Shown: piece by piece, positions 1 to 9,528 of the stretch
How the letters are laid out: the number at the start of each line of letters is the position of its first letter
Position numbering within the stretch: the stretch's first letter is position 1
Assembly: GCA_049964795.1 (NCBI GenBank)
Contig: JBMFWY010000006.1
Location: 1-48,864, forward strand
From: Candidatus Micrarchaeia archaeon
GTDB lineage: Archaea > Micrarchaeota > Micrarchaeia > Micrarchaeales > Micrarchaeaceae
Reading direction: 5' to 3'
Length of the DNA stretch: 48,864 nt
Notes under the pieces: generated by a model
Database searches by the model: none
Told to the model about the DNA's origin: nothing
The model's input: the letters and a program-made list of their open reading frames with translations, nothing else
Position numbers and translations under genes: made by a program

Positions 1-190
1 CCTCGTTGACAACATGAATTGCCGCAGGCCGGAGGCACGCCTTTTTTACAAATCTTTTTGTATATACATCGCTATCTCTTTAATAAATCTCAAGAATTAG
101 GCACACAATAATTTAATATTAGGCAGAAGACTTTTTTATTATTTGCCATTTGCTTTAGGATTTGGACATGCCTTCCTCGAAAAGCAGAAA

Positions 191-265
191 TGCTCCCACT
201 GGGATTTGAACCCAGGTTTTAGGGTTGAAAGCCCCATGTCCTTGGCCGGGCTAGACGATGGGAGC
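191..265 (-). tRNA. tRNA-Glu(TTC)
   Basis: Reverse complement folds as a cloverleaf: GCTCCCA/TGGGAGC acceptor stem, anticodon loop CTTTCAA, T-arm CTGGG-TTCAAAT-CCCAG. No encoded CCA. Confidence 0.95.
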
Positions 266-371
266 AATGTAGCTTACTTTTGCTACCTATCTTTTTATTT
301 CTTTCCAAATGTACTTAGATTTTATTGGCAACCTTTATAATTATATTTTTTAAAATTTGTTCAGTGCTACT

Positions 372-908
372 ATGATACTGTCTGATTATGACATCAAAAA
401 CATGATAAAGGGAAGAAGGCTAATTATCAGGCCTTTATATCCTGATACGGTTAGGCAAAATGGCGTGGATCTTAGATTGGCAAATGAGATTGCCAGGCAC
501 AATACATTCGAGGAGGGCAAAATAATAGACCCTTCGAGCAGCAAGCAAATCAAAAATATCTACAAAATTGAGAAAGGAGTAAAAGAAATGATCATAGCAC
601 CGCATGAGCAGGTACTGCTTTCTACCATAGAATATACTTCAATCCCAAAGGACGTTGCAGGATTTGTTGAGCTAAGGAGCACGTGGGCGCGCCATGGCCT
701 TTCCATGCCGCCAACCATAATAGATGCAGGGTTCAACGGCACCATAACGCTGGAAGTAATAAATAACTCGCCGTACAAACTGCTGCTCAAGCCAGGACAG
801 CGCTTTGCACATGTAGTATTTATAAAGACGGATAACGCGGCGTCGAACGGTTACAAAGGACATTACAGCAATCAGCACGGCATAAAGCTTCCTAAGGTAA
901 TATCCTAG
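372..908 (+). CDS. dcd: dCTP deaminase
   Basis: MILSD start, GVDLRL, RSTWARHGL, IDAGFNGTITLE motifs. ATG at 372 preferred over TTG at 357. Confidence 0.92.
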   Translation: MILSDYDIKNMIKGRRLIIRPLYPDTVRQNGVDLRLANEIARHNTFEEGKIIDPSSSKQIKNIYKIEKGVKEMIIAPHEQVLLSTIEYTSIPKDVAGFVELRSTWARHGLSMPPTIIDAGFNGTITLEVINNSPYKLLLKPGQRFAHVVFIKTDNAASNGYKGHYSNQHGIKLPKVIS

Positions 909-1034
909 CGACTTCTGAAGGCTAAAGCCTGCAAGATACACCTGGACTTCCACAACTCTTTTCTATATGCCTTTATAGGCGCAATTTCGCAAGATATATA
1001 AATATATGATACACTTATAGTTGCAGGTGATCGG

Positions 1035-1328
1035 TTGAGGATTCTCGAACTTTACAATATGGACATCTACAATGATGCAGGGCAATATCTGGGAGAGGTA
1101 AGAGACGCTATTGTTGACTTGGAACAGGGAACGGTCAGCAGGCTGCTTCTGGAAGAATGGAAAAACGCAAGCAGGGATGAAGTTAAGAAAATCCTGCAGC
1201 TCAAGAGTGTCTTGTTCAAAAATGTCAAAAACATTGGCGATGTCGTATTGATATCAAGCACTGGGCAGGCGCAGAGGCCTTCGGAAAGCGCCGCAAGCGC
1301 GGAAGTTTCTGACCTGGCAATGAGATAA
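1035..1328 (+). CDS. PRC-barrel domain protein (CdpB-like)
   Basis: IYNDAGQYLGEVRDAIVD...VKNIGDVVLI PRC-barrel pattern; AGGTGA RBS before the TTG start. Confidence 0.8.
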   Translation: MRILELYNMDIYNDAGQYLGEVRDAIVDLEQGTVSRLLLEEWKNASRDEVKKILQLKSVLFKNVKNIGDVVLISSTGQAQRPSESAASAEVSDLAMR

Positions 1329-1542
1329 TTCAAATTTTATTTTTATTTATTTCTAGCAATTTTGTGCTTTTTAAAGTTGCATATTTGCAGATTTTCCTTG
1401 TCCTGTTTGTGTATTAAGCCCTAGTTTGGGGGAGCGAAAGATTTAAATATCTTATTGTTTACTATTTATTCGCTTGTTTTTAGTAATATTTAAAAACCTT
1501 TCTTATTTCATAGTGGAGGCTTGCGATTAAAACGTGATCCGA

Positions 1543-2700
1543 ATGGTAGCTAAACCAAAAAAGATATCGAAGAATAAAGCAGGAAATAACATCAAAGCAC
1601 AGCCTGGCACAGACAAGGGCATCTTGCAGCCTAAGCAAAAGATAGAGGTTAATGGTAGAAGAATAAATGTAGAAATAGAGGAAGACGCACATGACCGCCA
1701 AGCCCAGGAGCAGCATAATAGGGCAATACATGCAACAGCGATGTCTTCCAGACAATCTTCGCAATCCTTATCAGCAACGCAACCGTCTCAGGAAAGGGTG
1801 CTTAGGTGTCCAAGCTGTGGCAGCACAGACATAATTGTTGACCACGAACGCGGAGAGCGTGTGTGCAACAATTGCGGGCTTATAATAGAAGAGAATATAA
1901 CAGACACCGGCCCAGAATGGCGTGCTTTCGACGCTGAGCAGAAGGCAAGCAGGGCAAGGACAGGAGCGCCTATGAAATATACAAGGGCTAACAAGGGACT
2001 TGTTACTGAGATAGACCTTTACAACAAGGATATAAGGGGAGTGAGGATACCTTCAAAACACCAAGCCCAGTTGTACAGGATGAAGAAGTGGCACAAGCGC
2101 GCAAGCATAGCAAGCTCCAATGAGAGGAACTACCTTATCGCATTCCCTGAGCTTATAAGAGTAGCAAGCTATCTGAATCTGCCGGAAAACATAAGGGAGA
2201 ATGCGGCACTGCTTTATAGGAAATGCGTCAAGAACAATCTTATAAGAGGAAGACCTATAGAAACAGTCGTTCAAGCTGTAATATATGCAGCTTGCAGGAA
2301 AGCAGGCACGCCAAGGACCCTTGACGAGATAGCAACGATTTCAGGCATGCCAAAGAAAGAGATAGGAAGAGCCTACAGGGCAATATCGCACGAGCTTGAC
2401 CTCAAGATACCACTTACAGACCCGATTAGCTATGTGCCTAGGTACATAAACGCCTTGAAGCTTAGCGGGGAGGCGCAGGAGAAATCAATAAAGCTCCTCA
2501 AGGAAGCAATGAGAAAAGGACTTGTTTCGGGCAGAAGCCCGACAGGTGTAAGCGCAGCTGCAGTATACATTGCGGGTGCGCTGGCAGGAGAGCGCAGAAC
2601 CCAGAAGGAGGTTGCAGAAGTTGCAGGCGTTACTGAAGTAACAATAAGGAACAGGTACAGGGAGCTCAAGGAGCAGCTTAACATAGATGTAAATCTTTGA
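1543..2700 (+). CDS. tfb: Transcription initiation factor IIB (TFB) with long N-terminal extension
   Basis: CPSC...CNNC Zn ribbon, GPEWRAF B-reader, two cyclin repeats, GVTEVTIRNRY helix-turn-helix. Confidence 0.96.
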   Translation: MVAKPKKISKNKAGNNIKAQPGTDKGILQPKQKIEVNGRRINVEIEEDAHDRQAQEQHNRAIHATAMSSRQSSQSLSATQPSQERVLRCPSCGSTDIIVDHERGERVCNNCGLIIEENITDTGPEWRAFDAEQKASRARTGAPMKYTRANKGLVTEIDLYNKDIRGVRIPSKHQAQLYRMKKWHKRASIASSNERNYLIAFPELIRVASYLNLPENIRENAALLYRKCVKNNLIRGRPIETVVQAVIYAACRKAGTPRTLDEIATISGMPKKEIGRAYRAISHELDLKIPLTDPISYVPRYINALKLSGEAQEKSIKLLKEAMRKGLVSGRSPTGVSAAAVYIAGALAGERRTQKEVAEVAGVTEVTIRNRYRELKEQLNIDVNL

Positions 2701-2718
2701 TCCCTGCTTTTTTGTTTT

Positions 2719-3249
2719 TTAACTTTTTCTTGCTTTTGTTATGTTGATTGCTAGATATCTCTTTGGTTCTGCGATTTTACCCAGATCGTTTGCTTCAACT
2801 TTCAAGAATGTGTAAATGCGTAAAGTGTCATCGTAGCTTATTTCCTTGCCTAAATTTTTACTAATTTCTTCCGCTGTTTTTTCTATCATTACTTTCTCAC
2901 TGCAAAACAGGGGCATAGATGCTGCATCTACTTCTTCTTTTATAAATTGAGAGCAAAGTTTCAGTTCTGCCAGGGCAAAAACCTTTATTTCCTCTTCATT
3001 CCTAAATTTAGGAAGCCTTTTCAATGAAGATATTAAGCTATTAAAAGCAATAGGCCGCATGCTAATATTATGCTCGGCAAACCCAAATTTAGAATTCAAT
3101 AGCACAGAGAAAGAGGCGAATACGTTAGAAACATGGTCTAAAAGCATTTTTGAACGTGGATCGCCTTCTTCCACAACTATGTAGTGACTAAAGTCTGAAT
3201 GCATTGAAACTAGCTCGCTTTTATGATTATGCTTTTCTAAAAAAACCAT
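2719..3249 (-). CDS. Hypothetical protein (176 aa)
   Basis: ATG-started ORF filling the gap, convergent with tfb; no recognised motif. Confidence 0.6.
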   Translation of the reverse strand: MVFLEKHNHKSELVSMHSDFSHYIVVEEGDPRSKMLLDHVSNVFASFSVLLNSKFGFAEHNISMRPIAFNSLISSLKRLPKFRNEEEIKVFALAELKLCSQFIKEEVDAASMPLFCSEKVMIEKTAEEISKNLGKEISYDDTLRIYTFLKVEANDLGKIAEPKRYLAINITKARKS

Positions 3250-3423
3250 GATAAGGCCGTTTTTTATACATTTTTATTTGCCTTTTGATATTTAAATATA
3301 TTTTAGGTTGGATTTTGCATAAGCAATAAATAAATATGGTAGAAATAAGATAATTATTAAAAATTTGTCGGCACTGCAGAGTCCTAAAAGATAAATTTAG
3401 AAATGGATTTCAACAATGATTAG

Positions 3424-5148
3424 ATGAGCATTGATTTTAAATCGGCAAAAAAGTTTGTCGGAAGAGATAAAGAGAAGGGTATTTATCTAATTTTAGCAAT
3501 AATAGTGGCTTACGATTTGTTTCGCGCAGCGACTCATATCCTTGGACCTACATATTTAAGCGAAGATTTTGCGTATGTTCTTTCGGCTTTTTCGGTCTTG
3601 CGTGGCTATATTAACATTGGATTTTCGATAGATTCGACAAGAATCTTACAATATCTGCCCATAGCGCTATTTTACAGGTTGTTTGGAATTAATATTTACA
3701 CTTCATCCGCCTGGAATGTGATTGCGTACATTGGGACGGTAATAATTACGTTTTTTGTAGGAAAAGAAGTGTATAATTCCAAGGCGGGGCTAGTGGCAGC
3801 CCTTCTCATAAGCTTCTTCACTCCTGTAGTGAAAAACTCCGTAACCGTGGGAATAAACGAAGCCATGATGTTTTTTGTCTCTCTGGCGATGCTTGCTGTA
3901 CTTTATGGGCATGACAAGCGTTCGGCGTATTGGATCTTTGCCGCAGGTTTTCTTGCAGTTATGGCACAGCTAACTATACCAATAGCACTTATTGCGCTGC
4001 TTGGCACTGTGATATATGTATTGGTGGAGTATCTAAGGAAAAACATCTCTATTAGAATAGTGTCCTGGTTTTTTGCTGGGATAATCGTTGCTGCTTTGAT
4101 AGTGGCGCTGTTTAGCTATGCTAATACAGGAGATCCGCTTGTAATTATACATCAAAATAGTGTCTATTACTCAAACTTGTCAATGACATCCACAACCTAT
4201 GGCATAATAGGTAACGTGCCTAGCCACTTTCAAAACCAATCGGGGAACAACTTGATAGCATACCTTATGTTTTATCCGAATGTGATGTTTAACTTCTATA
4301 TTTTGCACGCAATTAGGAACGCAATTTTCACTAAAAACTTAAATCCTGTTTCTATATGGAATAATGCTTATAAAATAAATACTAATAACGACGGGCTATA
4401 TTTTTACGCGGTTTTGCTTGCTTCTCTCATACTTTTAATCCTGGAAGATAAAAAAGTCTACTTTCCGCTACTTTGGCTGGGAGTTGGCCTTGGCTTCTTG
4501 GATTTTGCACCTATGTCAATAAGCCTGTTTCCTTTCAGGTATATACTTTCCTTTAGAGCACTTAGATATACTACTGCAGTAGCTGTGCCTATCGCAGTCA
4601 TACTAAGCATAGCGATAGTTAGGATTATGCAGGGGGATCAATCGCCCAAACAAAATGGGCATAGGCACAGGAAAGAAGAAGAGTATAAAAAAGTGATAAG
4701 AGGTATAGCCGCAGTCGCAATAATAGTTTTCCTTGTGGCAACTTCGATACCCCTAAACGAAATGTGGTACCAATTCGTAAAATTTCAGATTTATCCTCTG
4801 CAGGTCATATCAAACTATTTGAATACTAGGAGCAATATTAGCGGAATTTTTGTCGAGTTTAACTTTTACCCTTTCATGACAGTATATTTGAATAGGAATA
4901 ATTCTGACATATTATACCAATACTATCCGTCCTACAATTGCACAGATATGGAACCAGGGTCATATATTATTATACCAAACATTACTTCGCTAGGTCTTAC
5001 CTCTTCAACTGTGTTCATGGAAAATGCGACCAAGGTTTGTCCTAATTTAAAGCTAGTTATGACAGTGAATGCGACCAGATCGCAGACCAGCCTCCTTTAT
5101 GGAATTTCGCCACTTTCATACCAAGAAAAACTTTATTACTATAGTTGA
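3424..5148 (+). CDS. Polytopic membrane glycosyltransferase, GT-C fold (PMT/ArnT-like)
   Basis: Many hydrophobic segments, acidic ED in the first external loop (YLSEDFAY), RY motif late in the membrane domain, C-terminal extracellular domain with N-x-S/T sequons. Confidence 0.72.
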   Translation: MSIDFKSAKKFVGRDKEKGIYLILAIIVAYDLFRAATHILGPTYLSEDFAYVLSAFSVLRGYINIGFSIDSTRILQYLPIALFYRLFGINIYTSSAWNVIAYIGTVIITFFVGKEVYNSKAGLVAALLISFFTPVVKNSVTVGINEAMMFFVSLAMLAVLYGHDKRSAYWIFAAGFLAVMAQLTIPIALIALLGTVIYVLVEYLRKNISIRIVSWFFAGIIVAALIVALFSYANTGDPLVIIHQNSVYYSNLSMTSTTYGIIGNVPSHFQNQSGNNLIAYLMFYPNVMFNFYILHAIRNAIFTKNLNPVSIWNNAYKINTNNDGLYFYAVLLASLILLILEDKKVYFPLLWLGVGLGFLDFAPMSISLFPFRYILSFRALRYTTAVAVPIAVILSIAIVRIMQGDQSPKQNGHRHRKEEEYKKVIRGIAAVAIIVFLVATSIPLNEMWYQFVKFQIYPLQVISNYLNTRSNISGIFVEFNFYPFMTVYLNRNNSDILYQYYPSYNCTDMEPGSYIIIPNITSLGLTSSTVFMENATKVCPNLKLVMTVNATRSQTSLLYGISPLSYQEKLYYYS

Positions 5149-5293
5149 AAGCGTTAGGCTCTAATTTTGCAGAATTATGCAAGGCTTCGCAAGCGCTGCG
5201 CATCCAGATAGGAAGCAATTGATAAATAAGTATTTAAACTTATACCTGCATAAAATAAAGTATATTTTACTACAAGGTGGGTGGATGGGAGGC

Positions 5294-5725
5294 ATGCGGT
5301 TGAAGACAAGAGAGAGGTGCGATAAAGTGCACAAGGATTTTAGTTTGGAGAGCACAATATTCTTCGCAAAATCGCTAGGCAATAAGCTAGGGCAATTGCT
5401 AATTCCAACGATGTTGCTGCTCTTCTTGCTCCATCTTTCTTATGGCGCGACTAATACCTCCCTGCTTTCGCAGCTGAGCTATATAAAAATAGTGCTTTCG
5501 CAGGTTGGGCCTGCTTTGAGTGCTGTACTTTTTGTCATAGCGGGAATATTTTACGCCATAGGGCAGATGCTTCCTCCAGACAAAAAAGCGAACTTCCACA
5601 CTACGGCAATAAACATTATAATAGGAGCAATTGTCGTAGGTGCGTTGAGCATAGCATCTACATCTTTGGCTGTGGCCTCTACCCACCTTCTTGACAACTT
5701 GACTGTCGCTAACAGTGCGGTCTGA
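5294..5725 (+). CDS. VirB2/TrbC-like pilin-type membrane protein (start uncertain)
   Basis: Signal-like segment ending SYGA, then two hydrophobic helices separated by a short basic loop (GQMLPPDKKANF). First gene of the ATPase operon. Confidence 0.55.
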   Translation: MRLKTRERCDKVHKDFSLESTIFFAKSLGNKLGQLLIPTMLLLFLLHLSYGATNTSLLSQLSYIKIVLSQVGPALSAVLFVIAGIFYAIGQMLPPDKKANFHTTAINIIIGAIVVGALSIASTSLAVASTHLLDNLTVANSAV

Positions 5726-5738
5726 GAGGCAATGAGAG

Positions 5739-6779
5739 GTGGATTGCTTGGCTTATTTTGCAGGTTATGCTATAGCAGTAAGTATTATAGGGATCATGTT
5801 AGCCGCTGGAGGGATAATGCTTGGGCTAGGCTATTCATTGGATGATAAAAAACTTAAGGAATGGGGAAGGAATGAACTCTTCCAATCGGTGGCAAATGGA
5901 ATAATTGTAGGGGCGCTATTGCTGGCATTCAGCCCAGGAGGGGCTGTAGTATCATTGATAAATTCGATGACGAGAATACAAAATACAAGCCTCTGCACAG
6001 GGGCCCTAAGCTCCAACTATGCTATATGCTTTGCATACAACTATCTTTCAGGGCTTGGCTCCATAACTGTAAATGGAGTTCAGCACCAAGAGTTATTGGG
6101 CTCGGCATTGACCCTTCTAGCCCCCCTATCAATCCTGTACGTCGTGCTTGGTGTTATTGGCGCATTGAAGATAGGAATAGGTGTAGTATCTTTCTCCTTC
6201 TCAGGCTTGCTTAACCCGTTGCTTTCACAGATCAACTATGCAATAAGCGCAATAGTTTTTGCGATAACAGGCATCGAAGTTCAGGCGGTGCTACTGAAAT
6301 TTGTTGGAATGACAGCTGTGCCGATACTCCTCCCTGTAGGAATTGTGCTAAGGGCCTTTTATTTCACGAGAAGGTTAGGAGGCGCCATAATGGCAATAGC
6401 AATAGGGCTTTTTGCGGTATTTCCTCTCACTTATTTGCTTGATGCGCAGCTCTCTTCTGGCTATTCAAGCATGATAAACTCAAGCAGCATAAATTCCTTG
6501 ATAACAAATTCTACCCAAGCAAAGCAAGTGCTTTCAGAAGAAAGCTTAGGAAGCAACACGATAAGCTTGAACTTTCTGAATCCTTTGCTTGGCATGCTCG
6601 AGCCGCTTGTGGCCAGCATAGAAAATGCCGTGGAAAAGCTGCTAAACTATATAGCGCTGTTGATTGTGGAGGTATTTTTCCTCCCGACTTTTAGCATAAT
6701 ACTCACGATTATCTCGATAAGGGAACTGGCGAGGATACTTGGCACTGAAGTTTCTTTTGGCAAATTTGATGTTTTTTAG
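5739..6779 (+). CDS. Polytopic membrane protein, VirB6/CedA-like
   Basis: About 7-8 hydrophobic segments with S/N-rich external loops; GIVLRAFYFTRRLGGAIMAIAIG segment; operon context. Confidence 0.55.
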   Translation: MDCLAYFAGYAIAVSIIGIMLAAGGIMLGLGYSLDDKKLKEWGRNELFQSVANGIIVGALLLAFSPGGAVVSLINSMTRIQNTSLCTGALSSNYAICFAYNYLSGLGSITVNGVQHQELLGSALTLLAPLSILYVVLGVIGALKIGIGVVSFSFSGLLNPLLSQINYAISAIVFAITGIEVQAVLLKFVGMTAVPILLPVGIVLRAFYFTRRLGGAIMAIAIGLFAVFPLTYLLDAQLSSGYSSMINSSSINSLITNSTQAKQVLSEESLGSNTISLNFLNPLLGMLEPLVASIENAVEKLLNYIALLIVEVFFLPTFSIILTIISIRELARILGTEVSFGKFDVF

Positions 6780-6786
6780 CGATTGA

Positions 6787-7536
6787 ATGGGCAAATGGGA
6801 CTTTTTTGAATATGGAATGCTAGGAGCTGCTTTAGGAGTGCTTGCCTTAGCGGCATTTTTTGGAGTTTACGCGCTACTCGGCGCAGCGTTGCTGCTGGCC
6901 TCTTTGGCAGTTTTGCACTATTCTGACCCTTATTTGGAGGCAATCCTCCTTAAGTATGGAAATATTACTGAAAAAATTGGCATGTACGAAATAAGTGGAG
7001 AGAGGGAGGTTGCAACAAGGAAAGAGGGTGGCAAGTATATAGCAACAGCATGCGTCATTATAAGTGTAAAAGACAATTCGGGCGATATTGAAAAAAGCAG
7101 GCTTGAGGAGCTCATTTCGCGCCTTGCATTCCCTTTCAAATTTACCATTGCCGTTGAGAGGCTGAATACCAAAAAGATGCTTGACTCACTTCAAACAAAA
7201 AAGGGTATGAGGGAAATAGAGCTTTCGAGAATAGGAAACACAAGCAATGGGAGGGAGCTGGCAAAATCTATGAGACTAAAGAGGGAAATCGAGATATTGG
7301 AGCATGAAATCAAGAGCATAAGCACAGGATCTATGCCTTTAAAGGTGAACTATTATGCCATTACCAGCGCCGAGAGCGATAAGAAGTTCATGGCAGAGGA
7401 GCAGGCGCTTTTAAGGGCTAGGGAGCTTGCTACTTCCTTTGATGGTGCGATTGGTACATTTTCTGCGATTGCAAAAGGCAGCATGCTGAAGAAGGTGCTG
7501 ATGTTTGACATGACAGGTGAAAGCTTTGGTTATTGA
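6787..7536 (+). CDS. Membrane-anchored protein with coiled coil (possible VirB3/VirB4 N-terminal-like)
   Basis: N-terminal hydrophobic hairpin, charged soluble domain, overlaps the downstream ATPase gene. Confidence 0.55.
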   Translation: MGKWDFFEYGMLGAALGVLALAAFFGVYALLGAALLLASLAVLHYSDPYLEAILLKYGNITEKIGMYEISGEREVATRKEGGKYIATACVIISVKDNSGDIEKSRLEELISRLAFPFKFTIAVERLNTKKMLDSLQTKKGMREIELSRIGNTSNGRELAKSMRLKREIEILEHEIKSISTGSMPLKVNYYAITSAESDKKFMAEEQALLRARELATSFDGAIGTFSAIAKGSMLKKVLMFDMTGESFGY

Positions 7537-8881
7537 GAAGCATTGCCAGGGAAATGCCAGGGAAGTTGCCGGAAGAATGGCTATTTTTGGGAGATCTGAG
7601 CCTGTAGAAGAGTTCGAAGGCAAAGGAATATACATAGGTAGGGGCTTGATCTACAAGTCACCGATAATAATACGGTTTGACAAACTGATCAACCCGCATG
7701 TTTCAATAATAGGGATGAGCGGGGCAGGCAAAAGCTATCTGCTAAAAAGCATGATAATCAGAAGGCGCATATTGGAAGGGATCAACATATTTGCGATGGA
7801 TTGGAATGGAGAATACAATGATACAATAGAGTTTCTCTCTGGCACGCCACACAAAATCGGCATTGGCTGCAAAATTGGCATGAATTTTTTAAGAGACAAA
7901 AACAAAACGCTTGATTGCATTGCAGAATCGGTATCACATGCGATCGGCATGGAAGCGAATGATAGCAAGGCTATAAGGCAATCAGTGCAGGAGGTGCTTG
8001 AGAGAGGCAATGGAAGGGAAGAAATGGCGAAAGAAAAACTGCGAGACGAGAAAATTTTATCCCAGATCGAAAGGCTGCATCTCCAAAAGTTCTTTTCTGA
8101 AGTAGGCTGCAAGATAGAGGAGCTGCTTAATGGCGCAAGCAGCATTGACTTGTCAAGCATGGAAAATGACATGCAAAGGGAGATAATCGTGCATTTCATA
8201 CTGCAGTCGCTTGTCGAACACATGCACGGTCTAAAGGTAAATGGCAAGAGTAAATTGATGTTTATACTTGATGAGGCATGGAGGAGCATAAATGACAGGC
8301 AACTGTTGCATAGGATTTACAGGGAAGGCAGAAAATATGGCATAGGGGTTGTGACAGCTACGCAGCATGCCAGCGACATAGATGACGGCATACTTGCAAG
8401 CTCGGCATGCATTTTCATTTTTAAAATGCAGGGAGGAGGCTTAGGCACCCTTGCAGAGAAAGGCTTCATAGGGAAAAAAGAGGCTGAGACGCTTGAGAGT
8501 TCTGGAGTTGGCAAATGTGCAATAAGGCTTTCGTATAAGAACGGCACTGCAAAGCCGTTCTTCGTTGACAAGGTAGACGGATTCCTTGTTGGAGTTGCAA
8601 GGCTAAATTATGGTGGTAACATGCACATGGAGATACCTTTCGAGCAGATTGAAAATATAGCAAAAAGGCTTGGGCTAAGCCAAAAACAAAGCGAAGACAT
8701 AAGAGCTATGGCAGAAGAGGCAGAGGGCGAGATTGACATCGTCGAATTTATTAGGAAGCTTCTTTCGATAGGGCTTGATAGGCCCACAGTAATATCGTTT
8801 TTCAGGCTTCTGGGCTTAAATGACATAGCAATCGTGAGGGCGTATGAAAATGCAAAAGGACACAAACAATTACTCAAATAG
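7526..8881 (+). CDS. HerA/VirB4-family P-loop ATPase
   Basis: NPHVSIIGMSGAGKS Walker A, FILDEAW Walker B, REGRKYGIGVVTATQ Arg-finger/Gln motif. TTG start after AGGTGA (alternative GTG at 7517). Confidence 0.88.
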   Translation: MVIEKHCQGNAREVAGRMAIFGRSEPVEEFEGKGIYIGRGLIYKSPIIIRFDKLINPHVSIIGMSGAGKSYLLKSMIIRRRILEGINIFAMDWNGEYNDTIEFLSGTPHKIGIGCKIGMNFLRDKNKTLDCIAESVSHAIGMEANDSKAIRQSVQEVLERGNGREEMAKEKLRDEKILSQIERLHLQKFFSEVGCKIEELLNGASSIDLSSMENDMQREIIVHFILQSLVEHMHGLKVNGKSKLMFILDEAWRSINDRQLLHRIYREGRKYGIGVVTATQHASDIDDGILASSACIFIFKMQGGGLGTLAEKGFIGKKEAETLESSGVGKCAIRLSYKNGTAKPFFVDKVDGFLVGVARLNYGGNMHMEIPFEQIENIAKRLGLSQKQSEDIRAMAEEAEGEIDIVEFIRKLLSIGLDRPTVISFFRLLGLNDIAIVRAYENAKGHKQLLK

Positions 8882-9515
8882 TGAAAAGGCGTTATTCAGC
8901 ACTTCGTTCGTTGCCAAGGCGGAGCTAAAATGCGATTTTGGCTTGCTGGAAAAGACTCTTGAGGAGCTGCCTGCGCTTAAAAAAGCTTCGTACGGGAGCA
9001 GGCTTGCCTACAACATAATCGAGCTGCCTAATGGCGTTAGCAATAACGCGGAAATCTGTTTCGAACGAAACACCATTACTTACAAGGCGTATTTTTCAGA
9101 ATATCGGAGAATAGGATATAGAAAAGAGCTGCTCAAGTTCCTATCACTGCTTGGTTATACCAAAAAGCTCTACCAAGTAGATTTTTCCTCGATTTACGGC
9201 TATATTATAGAAGCATTGCACGTTGAGGAAATCGTCCCAAGCTTAAATCAAGGGTGCAAAAGCGCAGAAGAAAAGCTTGTTGTAGTTAAAAGGGTGAATG
9301 TTGAGCTTGCACAGAAATTGATTGGCGACGATATAGAGATTGCTGCGCTTCGCAGAAGGATTTCTAACTACGAGGCCTTTTTAAGTGAGCTTGCAGAAGC
9401 GATTGAAATGAAAGGGGGATATACGCTGGAAAATCTAATGGAAAAAATAGGCATGCAGGAAAAATTTGCTGAATTGCGCAAGTCCGATGCAATACAACAA
9501 AGAGATAGCAAATAG
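8844..9515 (+). CDS. Hypothetical soluble protein with C-terminal coiled coil
   Basis: 223-aa ORF overlapping the ATPase stop, same strand. Confidence 0.65.
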   Translation: MKMQKDTNNYSNSEKALFSTSFVAKAELKCDFGLLEKTLEELPALKKASYGSRLAYNIIELPNGVSNNAEICFERNTITYKAYFSEYRRIGYRKELLKFLSLLGYTKKLYQVDFSSIYGYIIEALHVEEIVPSLNQGCKSAEEKLVVVKRVNVELAQKLIGDDIEIAALRRRISNYEAFLSELAEAIEMKGGYTLENLMEKIGMQEKFAELRKSDAIQQRDSK

Positions 9516-9528
9516 CAATGGTATTTTT

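Noticed and set aside
143-340. 65-aa ORF on the + strand
   Set aside because: Antisense to tRNA-Glu; spurious.
5177-5293. Longer N-terminus for the pilin-like ORF
   Set aside because: Runs through AT-rich promoter-like DNA; RBS-like motifs favour a start near 5285-5300.
7545-7580. GCCAGGGAAAT-like imperfect tandem repeat
   Set aside because: Only 2-3 short copies within coding sequence; not a CRISPR array or a convincing slippage site.
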